NCBI RefSeq assembly: GCF_021028975.2
Contig: NC_059425.1
Span: forward strand, 163,184,001-163,248,000
DNA: 64,000 bases
From: Sphaerodactylus townsendi
Taxonomy: Eukaryota
Direction of reading: 5' to 3'
A program made the translations under genes and the position numbers. The notes under the pieces were generated by a model. The model was not told the DNA's origin. It searched no databases and saw nothing but the letters and a program-made list of their open reading frames with translations. Shown here one piece after another: positions 38,571 through 50,793 of the stretch. Numbering within the stretch: position 1 is the stretch's first letter; every line of letters starts with the position of its first letter.

Positions 38571-39667
38571 CCCACTCACCTTTAGTGCTGCTGTGATCTC
38601 AGGCAGCCTGGCAGGGCTGGGCCTCCTTCCCTCCTTGGCCTGGCCCCTCCCCAACAGACTGCTCTTTCAGCCAGCTCTGCTGGAGGCGGGGCAGTCCCCA
38701 ACAGACTGTTCCATCAGCCAGCTTTGTCGGAGCAGTCTGTTGGGGCGGGTGGGTCCGAGGGGGGAGGGGTGTGGGTGGCGATTTTGCGCCTCCCACGTGA
38801 CTTAACTTGGGTGCCCCCGGGTCAAACATCCCCGGATGTCCCCATTGTAGCTTCGCCACTGGTTGCTTGTGAATCATTTACTTGTTAAAGAAATAATCTC
38901 AGAAATCATGGAGATATACCTCTTAAACTTTGCCTGTCATTATAGTCACAGCTTAAAAACAAAACAAAGCAAACAAACCCTCCCAATATAAACAGAAACT
39001 GTTGTGTCTCTTCCTCAAGATAAGCAAAGCTTAAAAGCAAGCGTTACAGCCTGCTCCCAGAAACAAGCCACTTCAACAGGCAATGCTGAAGTTATTTCAA
39101 TTATTCATATGCAATATTCATTGTCTGAGGGAGACTAGTTATTTCTGAGAGGGGAAAAATGGAACTGGCAGCCTGCAGAAGGTTGCGGAATAACATGACA
39201 GCTTGGCAAGTTCTGGAAATGAAGCTTACGGAAGAAGCTGTACCCTTTTATGGTGGGCAAAAGCTGTAGAATCCTTCATCTCAGCACTTCCCAGCAGTAT
39301 CCTTTTAAATGTAAACATCCATAAAGCTGTCAGCATCATACAACAAATGGCTAAATAATACATTGGATCAGCAAGCTGGCGCTTGCATTTTCCTCATGCA
39401 GCCACGTTACTGAGCTGCGCTAGCTCGGTGTTAGGAAATCAATAGGCTCCCATGTTGTTGTCCAGATGCCCGTTACGATTCTCCTGCTTAATGTAAATCG
39501 GAATGGGCCTGGTTTAAAAACAACAAAAGTTTCACGTAGAAACAAATCTTTTCCATAAAAGGTGAGAATATGTTTACTGAAGTATCGTGGCGTATAGCTG
39601 AAAACAATCGGAACAAGCAAATGAAAATTTCAGTTTTCGGACCGTTCTGGTTCATCACCTCTCTAAG

Positions 39668-39937
39668 ACAGCCAGTGTGGTGAAGTGGTTAAGAGAAGAT
39701 GGAGTCTAATCTGGAGAACTGGGTTTGATTCTCCACTCTTCCACCTGAGTGGCAGAGGCTTATCGGGTGAACCAGATGTGCTTCTGCACTCCTACATTCC
39801 TGCTGGCTGATCTTGGGCTAGTCACAGTTCTTTAGAAGTCTCTCAGCCCCACCTACCTCACAAGTCTCCTTACAGGAGTCTCCTTACAGGAGAGAAAGGT
39901 GGAGTATAAATCCAAACAACTCTTCTTCTTCCTCTTC
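39668..39937 (+). mobile_element. Squam3-type SINE
   Basis: A box TGGTGAAGTGGTT, B box GGTTTGATTC, (TTC)n tail. Confidence 0.85.
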
Positions 39938-40408
39938 TAAGGCCAGACTACTTTCTGCGGCTGTCTAGTGTGACAGTGCCCCAAAAACTGTTGCTGGGAA
40001 TAAGGAAAGGAAGGGAAACCTGCCTTGAAACACGTGATATAAAAATTTAACAAATAAATAAGCAAGCAGCGCCCGCACGTCTCCTGGCTGTGGAAGCTGC
40101 AACCAGTGAAGGACATGAATGTGTATTTATGTTGCACTATCTACTCTAGTAGTCTGTGGCCGTCTTGTTGTTGGTCTTGCTACACAGATTACCCTCAAGG
40201 ACCTTCCCCTTTTCTTTTAGGCAGCCAAAATCAAACCAAAGCACAAATACAACAGAAAAAAAAACCATTTTGTTATTTTAATAAACAATGACCAACAGAA
40301 AAAAGATGGATCACCCTGGGCAGCTGTAAAAAGTCATCTAGTCCCCTGGTACGTCAGACTGCAGAAACCAGTGCTTTCCAAAACCTTCGCTACAAAATGA
40401 CCCTAGAG

Positions 40409-40545
40409 CAGTGATGGCGAACCTTTGGCACTCCAGATGTTATGGACTACAATTCCCATCAGCCCCTTCCAGCATGGCCAATTGGCCATGTTGGAAGGGA
40501 CTGATGAAACCAATAATCCTAGCATGGAGAATAGTCCCGCCACTG
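40409..40545. mobile_element. hAT MITE
   Basis: TIRs CAGTGATGG / CCGCCACTG; perfect 8-bp TSD ccctagag; ggactacaattcccatcagccc core. Confidence 0.85.
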
Positions 40546-40624
40546 CCCTAGAGGATTGGCTTCCGATAGAAATAGAAACGTGTCAGTTTATTAGCAGAAA
40601 CTAGGCAGGCTGATTAATTCATAC

Positions 40625-40753
40625 CTTAGCAACAGCAGTTATCTGCTCCAGAGCCAAAGCATGAAGATCTTGATCTCTGCTTTCCAAAAGCAGCTTCAGG
40701 GATGGTAGCAGAAGGGACTGGTTAAGCAGCTGCAAACAGAGGTCTTTTATACA
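40625..40753 (-). CDS. NBAS: NBAS penultimate coding exon (129 nt)
   Basis: Acceptor ttttcag, donor gtatga. Translates CIKDLCLQLLNQSLLLPSLKLLLESRDQDLHALALEQITAVAK (within ORF 40619..40810). Phase 0/0. Confidence 0.94.
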
Positions 40754-41961
40754 CTGAAAAGAAAAAATAAAGAATGCATAGCGAGACATCAGGGGATACC
40801 GCAGGAACATAACTCACTTCGAAGCTCCGGCATTATCTTGTATTGAGCAAACTGAATGTCAAACCTTTTAAAACAAGCAATGCCCCCTATGGAAATTAAG
40901 CCTGTTGGAAAGGTCTAAAGGAAAAAAAAAACCCACCACACTAAGTATAAACAAAGATGCTTGTTGCATTTTAGATAAAGTCATCTGGGAAATACCTATT
41001 AGGTTATCTGTACAGAGAAGAATCAAATCTTTGCTTATTCCTCGTAAGGATAATGCTCTCAGTAAACAGAGATAGGAATATTTATGTATCGGAGAAAATT
41101 CTGCAGGACAACCAAGTAGTAAACCATTAGATTCAAGAACAAATATTCCTGCCACTGTCCAAATCTATGAAAATTTCTGCTGCAAGCTGCCCGGTGACCG
41201 TCTCCATTGGCTGCCTGTAATGATCTGTGGAAATCACCAAGAGCAGCATAATTAAGTGCCAAGGGTTTTTTTCATTACGGGATGGCACATACAAAAAAAA
41301 TGGGTTTAACTTTAACACCATGAGAAACTCTTTTAAATAAAGGCAGTATACTACACAGGAGGAGGACAAAAATAACATAATAGCAGCACATTAGCAGTTC
41401 AGTCCAAGATGACCCTAGCCACATAACTAGAATTTAGAATAACACAGAAAGAAGCACATGAAGCTCTAGCTACTGCAAACAGACTGCAGTCTCGGACCGT
41501 TGTTGAGTCATTGCCATCATATAGATACTGATTCTACTGCAAAGTTCTTGGATGTGTAGAGATATGGATCATACGTGCTACCGCCAGCCTTGTGAAGTGA
41601 AAATGAGACCGATTTACATCCAGATTCTGCTTAGCTCAGTGGGCATATATTGATTTTTTGCATCGTCTTTTGAAAAATGTTTCTTGTATATAATGCTTGA
41701 ATTCCAGTAACTGTATTTGAACTCGCTATTCTTCTGTCTTGTTGAGACTTATAAAAATCACACCAGAGATTCATCTGAAGATGGTTGAAAAACTTTATTG
41801 CAATTAGATAGCTATTGTCGCAAGCCTATTATATGTTTTTCTTGTTTGATAACCTCCAGGTAGGAGCTGGAAATCACCTGGAATTACAACTGATCTTCAA
41901 GTGACAGATCAGTTTTCCTGAAGAAAATGTGGGATTTGAAGGCAGAGTCTATAGCATTACA

Positions 41962-42258
41962 TCAGCGTAGTGTAGTGGTTAAGAGCAGGTGGATTCTAAT
42001 CTGGAGAACCGGGTTTGATTCCCCACTCCTCCACCTGAGTGGCAGAGGATTCTCTGGTGAACCAGGTGTGTTTCTGCACTCCTACATTCCTGCTGGGTGA
42101 CCTTGGGCTAGTCACAGTTCTTTGGAACTCTCTCAGCCCCACCTACCTCACAAGGTGTCTGTTGTGGGGAGAGGAAGGGAAAGGAGCTTGTAAGTCACCT
42201 TGAGTCTCCTTACAGGAGAGGAAGGTGGGAAATAAATCCAGAACTCTTTCCTTCTTCA
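41962..42258 (+). mobile_element. Squam3-type SINE
   Basis: cagcgtagtgtagtggttaagagcaggtggattctaatctggagaaccgggtttgattcc head. Inserted into a GGGTTGCCA-type DNA element. Confidence 0.85.
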
Positions 42259-45249
42259 TTATACCCCACGGAGGTTGCCTCCCTCCCCAAACCCCACCCT
42301 CCCAAGACTCCATCGCCCAATCTCCAGGGAGTTCCCCACCTGGAACTGGCAACTCTGAGGGGAACTGACCTCTGAACCTGGGAGATATGTTGTGATTCTG
42401 AGAGAGCCACTGCTGCCACTTTTGCTGTGTGTGGGGGGGGGGGGAGCAAATGTGTGGTTTGGGAGCACTATGGTTACTACTGCTGCTGGGGGAGTAGGAG
42501 AGGAAGAAGCTTCAAGAATGATGGGAGAGAGAAAGAGAGTGAAGGAGTAGGAGGTGGAAAGAGAAAAAGGGCAGAAAGGGAAAACTGAGAGGCATGGAGG
42601 AGAGAGCGAGGAGGAAAAAGGGTGGCAGGAGAGAGAAAGAGTAGGGACTGAGAGAAGCAGGGGATGAGTGGAGGAAGAAAAGATGAAGGGAATGAGATAG
42701 ATGTTCCCGCACGTTTCTTGCGGTACCCACTTGTAACAAACTGAACCTAGGCAACCCCATCTATTCCTCACAACGTTTAAATATGGTCTTTCAGAAGCAT
42801 GCAGAATGGAACCAAAATCCACACCCTCATTCCCTGCACATCAGAGACAAAATTAATCCTAGGAAATTAAATACAGACATGCACATATACTGTGAAGACT
42901 GACTGCTCTGTAGGCTCTCCAGATGGAATCTGGCTGCTATAAAATGGCCAGAGAGGTCAATCAGGATCACCACACTTCCTGATTAGCCTTCATTGCAATA
43001 TGCATCATTTTCAGGTTTTTATTTAGCTGGGATGACGGGGGAAATAAAAGGTGTTCGAAGAAAAAGGAGGAGTTGGGTGCACGTGTTTGGTGAGCGGGGG
43101 TGGGGAGAGTACAAGGTGTGTTTCCAGGCTGGTTCCCAATTTATGATCGCAGCTGTATTAACCCGATAAGTGCTACAACACACACTGTTTGAGATAGGGA
43201 TCATCCTAGGTATATTTCCTCTTTGCATTTTTCCATGTGCTTCTCTTCTAAAACTGTTTCCATTTTTTTTGCCTCCCCCTAGGTCCAAAAAGGTTATTGG
43301 GAGTTCTTTTGAAAGAAGTTTTATAGTTCTTTTCTCAAGCCTGCTAAGATGTGGCTTCTTCACTTAAGGTTTTGATAGCTTTGCAGACATAAAATATTAC
43401 AGGCGCTATAAAATTGCTGTTGCACCCCACGTTGTACATCTTAACAACCATCAGCATTTATTGATCTAAACACTCTGTCATGGCAATAAAATGTGCTATA
43501 CATGGTACACTGAAAATGGGTAAAAAAACACGTTCATTCTGAGCTTTCCGGGGCTTGTTTTTGTTACGGTTTGTCAGAAATAAATCATAAAAAATATAGA
43601 GGGATTAAAACATTAAGACTTCTGATATATGGTATCGTAAAATAATTATTGTAATCCCGTTGTTCAATTATTCTTTCAATGTCGGCCTTTTGCTTGAGTG
43701 CGCAGGTGGCCACTTTTAGGTCACCAATAAACAAGTAATAAAGAAGCTTGATGTCCAGTCAAATCCCTACATTTCAACCCCCCCCCCCCTCAACAGTCAA
43801 TTCTCAGCAGCTGAGGAATGTGCGTGTGTGTGAGAGAGTGAGTGGGAAACAGTATCTTCCCGCTTCAGGGGAAGGAAGGGGGGCTTATGGGTCTGTGCTG
43901 AGGGATTTAATGTTTTGTCTGTTTTAATGGACGCAGTTCTGACAATACAAGTCCCCAGATTTCTTACGCTTGCATCTGTTAAGTGAGAATTCTGCTTTCA
44001 AAGTATTGATTCCTCCACTGATCAAGTCTGGGGTTGTGACAATATCTTGGACCAAGAAAGTGGGGTCTCATGTCTAGCTATGGGGCCCTTCCCCATAAAA
44101 AGACTATCCCAAGTCAGTGGAAAACATGTTGGGCCTTCCCACTATCTCAACTGCTTCACAGGCCCCTCTTCACTCCACAGAACACTGCTGCCTTGCGCTT
44201 CTGCTGCACGGACTCCCTGCAATCCTCTGTATCTTATCCCTCTTGTATCAGGTAGTACACCCTATCTGAATGTCCTCCCCTCCCTCTACTTGCCTCCTCT
44301 CTCTTCCTTACGCTATCCTTGTAGTGAGTGTGTGCATATGCATTGGGAGGGAGAGGGTGATTTATCTGTGGTCTTAAGGGTTTGTTATTTTGGTTTGCTT
44401 CTAGTAGTGTGTGTTTGACTGTTAACAGATGAATCTTTCATTGAATCAATTGGTCTGTGTCCCTTTTCCTTTGTGAACATTGCTCTGAAATAAAACCTAT
44501 GTATACCTAGAAAAAAGATCCTTTCCCACTCTTCTGCAGACCCCTTAACAGCTAATTCCCCTCTCTCTGGTTCCAGTTTGCGTAACACAGACCATAAGCT
44601 TCAATTGCAGAAGGCCATGTCTTTACTTCTGCCTTAGAACTTTTAGACCTTACAGACAGCAGGCAGAGGTGTATCGGGGGGAAATGGCGCCGGGGACAAC
44701 ACCTGCTCTGGGCGCCCCCCTCCTCGTGCTCGGGGTGAGGTTCGGGGGGGCTCTACTGCTGTGGTGCCCATCCGAGCCGCCCCCACTTCTGTAAAAAGCC
44801 TCGAGTCAGTTATTTATGAGGAAGTCTATGAAACAGAATCAACAATCACAGTTTATATGAGGAAGGTTTTTCAAGCCCTGTCGCTTGACAACTTCTATTG
44901 TCCTCAATTCAGCACACAGGAACAATTGGATACACCCTCCTAGCTGCATGACTGCATAGTAAACTGAATGGATGCAACAGGATGGTACCATCAGTCGTTC
45001 TGGATGACTGTATTTGCTCAAGACTTCAGCTGCATTAAGGCCTAATACTTTCACTAGAGCTTCTGTAGGAGCAAATGAACATAGGTTATGCAACAGCAGT
45101 GCCTAATGGACAGAGGAAGAAATCTACAACTCACAGAATAATATCAAAGCTTCTTATTGCTGTGTTTAACAAGGGCAGCATAGGCACTGTTGATCTTGTA
45201 CACAGATAACAAACTCATTTCTTATAAGGACATAGTCAGATGTACTCAC

Positions 45250-45394
45250 CTCCATAGAAAGTGTGTGTTTTGTCTCATATAAAGACCGGCAGATTTTCAG
45301 AATCTCATTCCCCATATTCTCTTTATGCTCTGGTAGGCTTTTCACAAGCATCACAGTTCCCAGTTTCACCCAAGGATTGTTACTTGCACATGTG
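45250..45394 (-). CDS. NBAS: NBAS internal coding exon (3rd from last; 145 nt)
   Basis: Acceptor tttcaatttag, donor gtgagt. Translates (I)TCASNNPWVKLGTVMLVKSLPEHKENMGNEILKICRSLYETKHTLSME (within ORF 45166..45432), an NBAS NNPWV...GNE.LK.CRSLY motif. Confidence 0.9.
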
Positions 45395-45442
45395 CTAAAT
45401 TGAAAGCAAAAAGGGTAGTATTTGAAGAACACTGACCAGGCA

Positions 45443-45503
45443 AATGAATGAATGAATGAATGAATCTCTCTCTCTCTCTCTTTCTCTCTATCTATCTATC
45501 TAT
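45443..45503. repeat. Compound microsatellite (TGAA)n(CT)n(TCTA)n
   Basis: Read directly from the sequence. Confidence 0.9.
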
Positions 45504-46317
45504 TTAACACAAAGGTGCAAATTCTGACAACCTCATGAATTCCATTTGGAGATGGAAAAATTTACAGAGCTGAAAGGATACCTACTTGTCTTGCAACTAT
45601 TTGCAATGTGAAAAGAGAAGGAAATTCTGTCTATATTCTGAATTTCTGCTAGTCAGCTAGTTATGGGGAAGTCAGCTAGTTATGGGGAAAGGAACTCTCA
45701 AGACCACAGTTACCTAGTACCTATCATCAAGACCGCCGCCCCCCCCCCCCCAAAAAAAAAAACTGCTCCAAAATTTGGGTTCTGAATTAAACTGGTAAAA
45801 TAAGTTAACTTTTACATTCAACTGGTTTTTGACATGATTTTAGATAGACATGTAATGTATGACTTTTTTTGGCAAACAATCACAGAGCAAAGTGAAAGAA
45901 CTAATTTGCAGGTGTGATTACTCAGAGTGAAGGCAGGTATGATGAAGCTGGTACATATTCAGTAAGCTATAAGAGAGGCAGATTGGCCAGGCAAATAGCC
46001 AGGAATGCCAACAGATAAGGTGAGAATGCTAATGTCAGATACATCATGAAAACAGATAGGACACTGATTAAGATCAGAGGTAAATGCTAAATACTGCATA
46101 TATTAACGATTCCTTCTCTAGAGTGGCCTTTAAAACACACACACACACAGACTCGAAACACACTCTGTTGATGCATGACAGTTCTGTGGATGCATTACAG
46201 TTTGGGAGTGATTTAACCAAAATTCTATTTAGGCAAAAATATTTCACAGAGGTCAAGCGATATCTATACATAAGGTGACTGAGAGTTGGATGTGAGTTTT
46301 GAAATGAAAATTCTTGG

Positions 46318-46605
46318 AAGAAGAAATAGAAGAGTTTGGATTCACACCGCGTTCTTTTCAACTGCAAGAAGTCTCCAAGTGGCTTGCAAACTCCTTCCCT
46401 TTCTCTCCCCACCTTGTGAGGTAGGTGGGGCCGAGAGAGTTCTGAGAGAACTGTGACTAGCCCAAGGTCACCCAGCAGAATTCATGTGGAGGAGTGGGAG
46501 AAGAAATCCAGGTCATTAGATTCTGCCACTCATATGGAGGCGTAGGGAATCAACCCTGGTTCTCCAGATTAGAGTCCACCGCTGTTAACCACTACACCAT
46601 GCTGG
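46318..46605 (-). mobile_element. Squam3-type SINE
   Basis: gaagaagaaatagaagagtttgg tail; head ..ttaaccactacacca on the + strand. Confidence 0.8.
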
Positions 46606-47780
46606 CAGAGCACTTTCCTCCAAATTAAAGGCTGGATCACACAAACCGCAGCTTGGATTCAGACTTATGCATTCCCAGGCACAAGGATTTCCACCCACAC
46701 AACATAACACAATTCATGGCTATATTTTTAAAAGCTCATTGCAACTTGTAAGAGATTTTTTTTAAGTCTTGGAGACCCCAGGTGTGGTGGAAAGAAAGTC
46801 CACAAATATTTTAAATAACAAATAAATACAAGCAACAGGGCACGAGGGGTTGCTGGAAGCAGCTGAATATCAACTCCCCTCTTTGCTCTCAGGCTGTCAG
46901 TGCAAGAAGGAAAGGACAGTGACGTCAACCCAATTCCGCCCTTCATAATAGCAGCCTTCCATGGCATTTTGTCTGGGGCCTTCGTGATTCTCAGCACCAG
47001 CATTTTGGAGATGTCAGATAATCAGTGGTTGAAAGGAGAGATGATAAAGATCTACATCCAAGAGACGAACACAGTTCTGTTTATTAAAATTTACTTATTT
47101 TACTTATTTTTTTGAAAAATGTAAGATTTGTTGATTATTTTATGATTTTATAGGATATTATTTGCATAACTATGCTGGCTCTCTTACTGCCTAGAATTGT
47201 ACTCAAGAAAAGATCCTTTTCCTTTTCTATTTCTATCGTGTGGTTTTCCTTCCTGTTATTATTGAATTAAAAATATATATTTTAAAAGGCTAGAAAAATG
47301 TTCCAGGTTTGCAAAAAAAGCTACAACATAAATAGCAAAAACAGGCCCCCAAACCTGCATCATTTACATCTGCTTTCCTTATAGTGGTTTGAAGCAGAAC
47401 AGCAGAACTGTTTGGGGTATAATTGTTAAGACGCTTCCTTGAACACCACTGATTTGTAGGTGCCTGGAGAAAAATATCCCATCCCTTTAATAGAGGCTTA
47501 GGGGATGTTATCTACCTCCATGCCATGAAAAGCTTCAGCGGTCATTTCCACACATTAAGCCTCTATTAAAAGGACAGAACACTTTTCCCCCTCCAGATTT
47601 GTTGGAAAACCTACTGGCCTGTAGTGTTTGAAAACATCCTAAAATAAAATAGTTTTAAAATCATTCTGTGGTTTTTACATGCCTCACAAAGAGAGACACA
47701 GCACAGAACCTTTTTTGTGTGTGTGCTTAGAAACTGGGTGGATCTAAACCTTAGGTTCTTCATCGAAGAAAAACGGCGTC

Positions 47781-47995
47781 GGGTACTGTGTGGTTTCCGG
47801 GCTATATGGCTGTGTTCTAGCAGCATTCTATCCTGACGTTGTGCCGGCATCTGTGGCTGGCATCTTCAGAGGATCTGATGCCAGCCACAAATGCGGGGGA
47901 AACGTCAGGAGAGAATGTTCCTAGAACACGGCCACACAGCCTGGAAACCACACAGCACCCCAGTGATTCTGGCCGTGAAAGCCTTCGACAATACA
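47781..47995. mobile_element. Inverted pair of Penelope-like terminal repeats with degenerate hammerhead cores
   Basis: ~95-bp inverted arms centred near 47873. Minus arm: atcctCTGAAGAtgcc...ggcACAAcgTCaggat. Plus arm: ctgatgcc...GAAAcgTCagg. Tail ggccgtgaaagccttcgacaataca. Confidence 0.8.
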
Positions 47996-48045
47996 TAAAA
48001 ACAGTGTAAGTTTTAACCAACACCAATATGTAAACAGATACTTAC

Positions 48046-48185
48046 ATGTTCTCATTTTTCATAGGAGGCCAAGCTTGAAGGAGCATGACTAAGTGTTGAA
48101 ATTCTTCATGGTTCTCACTTGAGTCCAAAAGTTGCAAGAACAGTGAGTACCTCTTTTCTTCATTTTCAATATCTGTTATTTCTAC
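48046..48185 (-). CDS. NBAS: NBAS internal coding exon (4th from last; 140 nt)
   Basis: Acceptor ttttttag, donor gtaagt. Translates VEITDIENEEKRYSLFLQLLDSSENHEEFQHLVMLLQAWPPMKNEN +2 nt. Phase is compatible with both neighbouring exons. Confidence 0.93.
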
Positions 48186-48336
48186 CTAAAAAAAGTATTG
48201 GAGATAAGCAATGACCCTTGCTAAGTGTAGGATTCCAATTAATGAGCCCACTATGGTATAGTTTTACAGCAAGAAATGTGATATATTCTTATCTTTGTGG
48301 GATATTGCAAGTGCAAAGCAGTATAAAAGCAGTCCA

Positions 48337-48338
<2 letters not shown>

Positions 48339-48410
<72 letters not shown>
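48339..48410. repeat. (CA)n microsatellite, ~36 units
   Basis: Perfect dinucleotide run. Confidence 0.97.
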
Positions 48411-48412
<2 letters not shown>

Positions 48413-48419
48413 TTTAAAT

Positions 48420-48570
48420 GTTAATGTGTAGTTAGTTTCGCTGCTTTTATAAGTTTTAGTTTATTTATGATATTTTATGATTGTATCCATTATATGTTGT
48501 GCGCCGCCCAGAGCCCTTCGGGGATGGGGCGGGATAGAAATTTGAAGCATAAATAAATAAATAAATAAAT
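48420..48570 (+). mobile_element. L2 LINE 3' tail
   Basis: gtgcgccgcccagagcccttcggggatggggcgggatagaaat...(AAAT)n. Confidence 0.8.
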
Positions 48571-49997
48571 GGGAAGCATTTATTCCACTTCATCTCTCAT
48601 TATGCATGTGGAACACAAAGAAGCACGTTGATAATATGAAATTACTGGGAGTGATAGTCCCAAAACAACACTAAAACCACGCAAGTAGATTAATGGATGA
48701 GTGCAAATCATTTCTCCATTTCTTTGAATTCCCTAGACTTTAAGATAAAATGCATGATATGCAAATTGCTGTATGCGCAATGCAACACATGGGGTATATC
48801 ATTAAATCGTCAACATTTTATGTAGCTACAGACTGCCAGTGAAACCCAACAAAATCTCATACAAAAACTGAAGTAGTACTGTAACTCTCAAAAAATGAGC
48901 TCAAGTGAGCTTCAATTTAATCAAGATAATTCTTGATTAAAAGTAGCTCTTTCATACAGCTGCAAGGGGGAAAAAACAATTGACGAACCAGTTGCAAAAC
49001 AAAAAATGGGGGGAAGCTACTATGTAAAAATAAAATTAAGTTTTAAAGGGATTCAAAGATACCTCACACACTCACACACAATACTTTATGTCTTCCTATA
49101 AAGGTATTCTTATTACATTTCATGAATCTCTCAATAAAAGAATTTTATTTTTAAAAAATCTCAGGCCTTTGACTGAACTGCAAATTTGAATTAATATAGC
49201 ATTAAAATCATACCTGCAAAGAAGGCATTTGAGAGTAGCCCCTTATTGTGACAATACATTCTCAGTCACAGATACAAGCGAGGAAAATATGCTGGATTCA
49301 TATTTATTCACACCAGAAGGGCTCTCAGAAACAACTCAAATTAAATATATGTTTTATTTTAAGATACTGTGCCTCAGTGACATGAAAAATGTGACTGGAA
49401 TTAAATCTCACCAGATTCAACTGCTCTTATGTCTCCAGTTGTGGTTTTTACTGAGTTATGAAGACAATTGTTATGCATGTGTAATTGTTGTGCTCCAGAG
49501 TGCTCAAAAACGAGACTGTATTCAGATGATTTCTTTATTATGAAACAGCATCAGAAAAAAATAGATTTCTATCACCATAACTAAAGTTTACACCCAAAGC
49601 ATCCTCCATTATATTCCTTGTCATCCCCCTCCCCGTCACACAGTGTAATCCCTGAACCCCAATTCCCTGGGCAGTTTTGTACCCGTCCAGTCTAGAGCCA
49701 GAATGGCCTTCACTTAGGTCAAAACAACCCACATTTCCCAGAGCTGAACAGAGCAATGACTAGCAGGTGTCTAACAAACTGATAACACATTGCCAGAATA
49801 AAATGAAATTATAGAAACAGCAGTTAGATAAAAGGGAGGGGGGGGGGGAAGAGAAATGGATCCCACATCCCGGCCAGGAGACATGGCAGGATCAAGCCAG
49901 AATCAGGCAGATCATGACAGTAATACTATTTGGCCATAGTTCCTGTATCTCATATTAAAATAGAAGAGTCTTGCCTTAGCATAGAATTCATCTATAC

Positions 49998-50793
49998 CAG
50001 GGGTGGGCAATTATTTTTTCCATGGGGCCATAAGAACATAAGAACAAGCCAGCTGGATCAGACCAGAGTCCATCTAGTCCAGCTCTCTGCTACTCGCAGT
50101 GGCCCACCAGGTGCCTTTGGGAGCTCACATGTAGGATGTGAAAGCAATGGCCTTCTGCGGCTGTTGCTCCCAAGCACCTGGACTGTTAAGGCATTTGCAA
50201 TCTCAGATCAAAGAGGATCAAGATTGGTAGCCATAAATTGACTTCTCCTCCATAAATCTGTCCAAGCCCCTTTTAAAGCTATCCAGGTTAGTGGCCATCA
50301 CCACCTCCTGGGCCGCATAAGAAACAGAAAATATTGTGGAGGGCCGAGCCAAAATTCTGCATAATAGGGGCTGATAAGTGACAGACAGGTGCACAGATCA
50401 ACTTGGAATCAGTGGCAACAGTTCTGCATACAACACTATTTGGCACAAAGAATCACAGGCTTAACCTACCTGCATAGTTGTCCACTGTGACAATCAAGCA
50501 AGTGGGGAGACTTAAGTCTCTTGACCTACTTTTTTCATCGACTGGTGCTTTTGAAAGCCCCGCAGAAGCCGATTGCCTTGGTTGCCAGCTTCTGCGGGGC
50601 TTTCAAAGGGGCCTCGCTCCACAGCAAGGCAGGGGGGCGAGGCGCTTTTGAAAGCTCCGCAGAAGCAGGTAGCCAAGGCAACCGGCTTCTGCGGGGCTTT
50701 CAAAGATGGCTCGGTCCCCAGCAAGGTGGGGGGCCAGTCAGGGTCATCTGGCGGGCCAGATGTGGCCCGCGGGCTGCATAATGCCCAGGTCTG
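49998..50793. mobile_element. hAT non-autonomous element with a nested CR1 fragment
   Basis: TIRs CAGGGGTGGGCAATTA / ATAATGCCCAGGTCTG; perfect 8-bp TSD atctatac. Confidence 0.88.
50030..50309 (-). mobile_element. CR1 3'UTR fragment
   Basis: Reverse complement of 2075-2359, beginning with the (CATAAGAA)n tail. Confidence 0.9.

Noticed and set aside
38077-38877. Several long overlapping ORFs (up to 213 aa)
   Set aside because: They are translations of a GC-rich minisatellite in multiple frames, with no protein family signature.
42259-42822. 187-aa minus-strand ORF
   Set aside because: Low-complexity purine/pyrimidine tract plus TE pieces; no splice-consistent homology.
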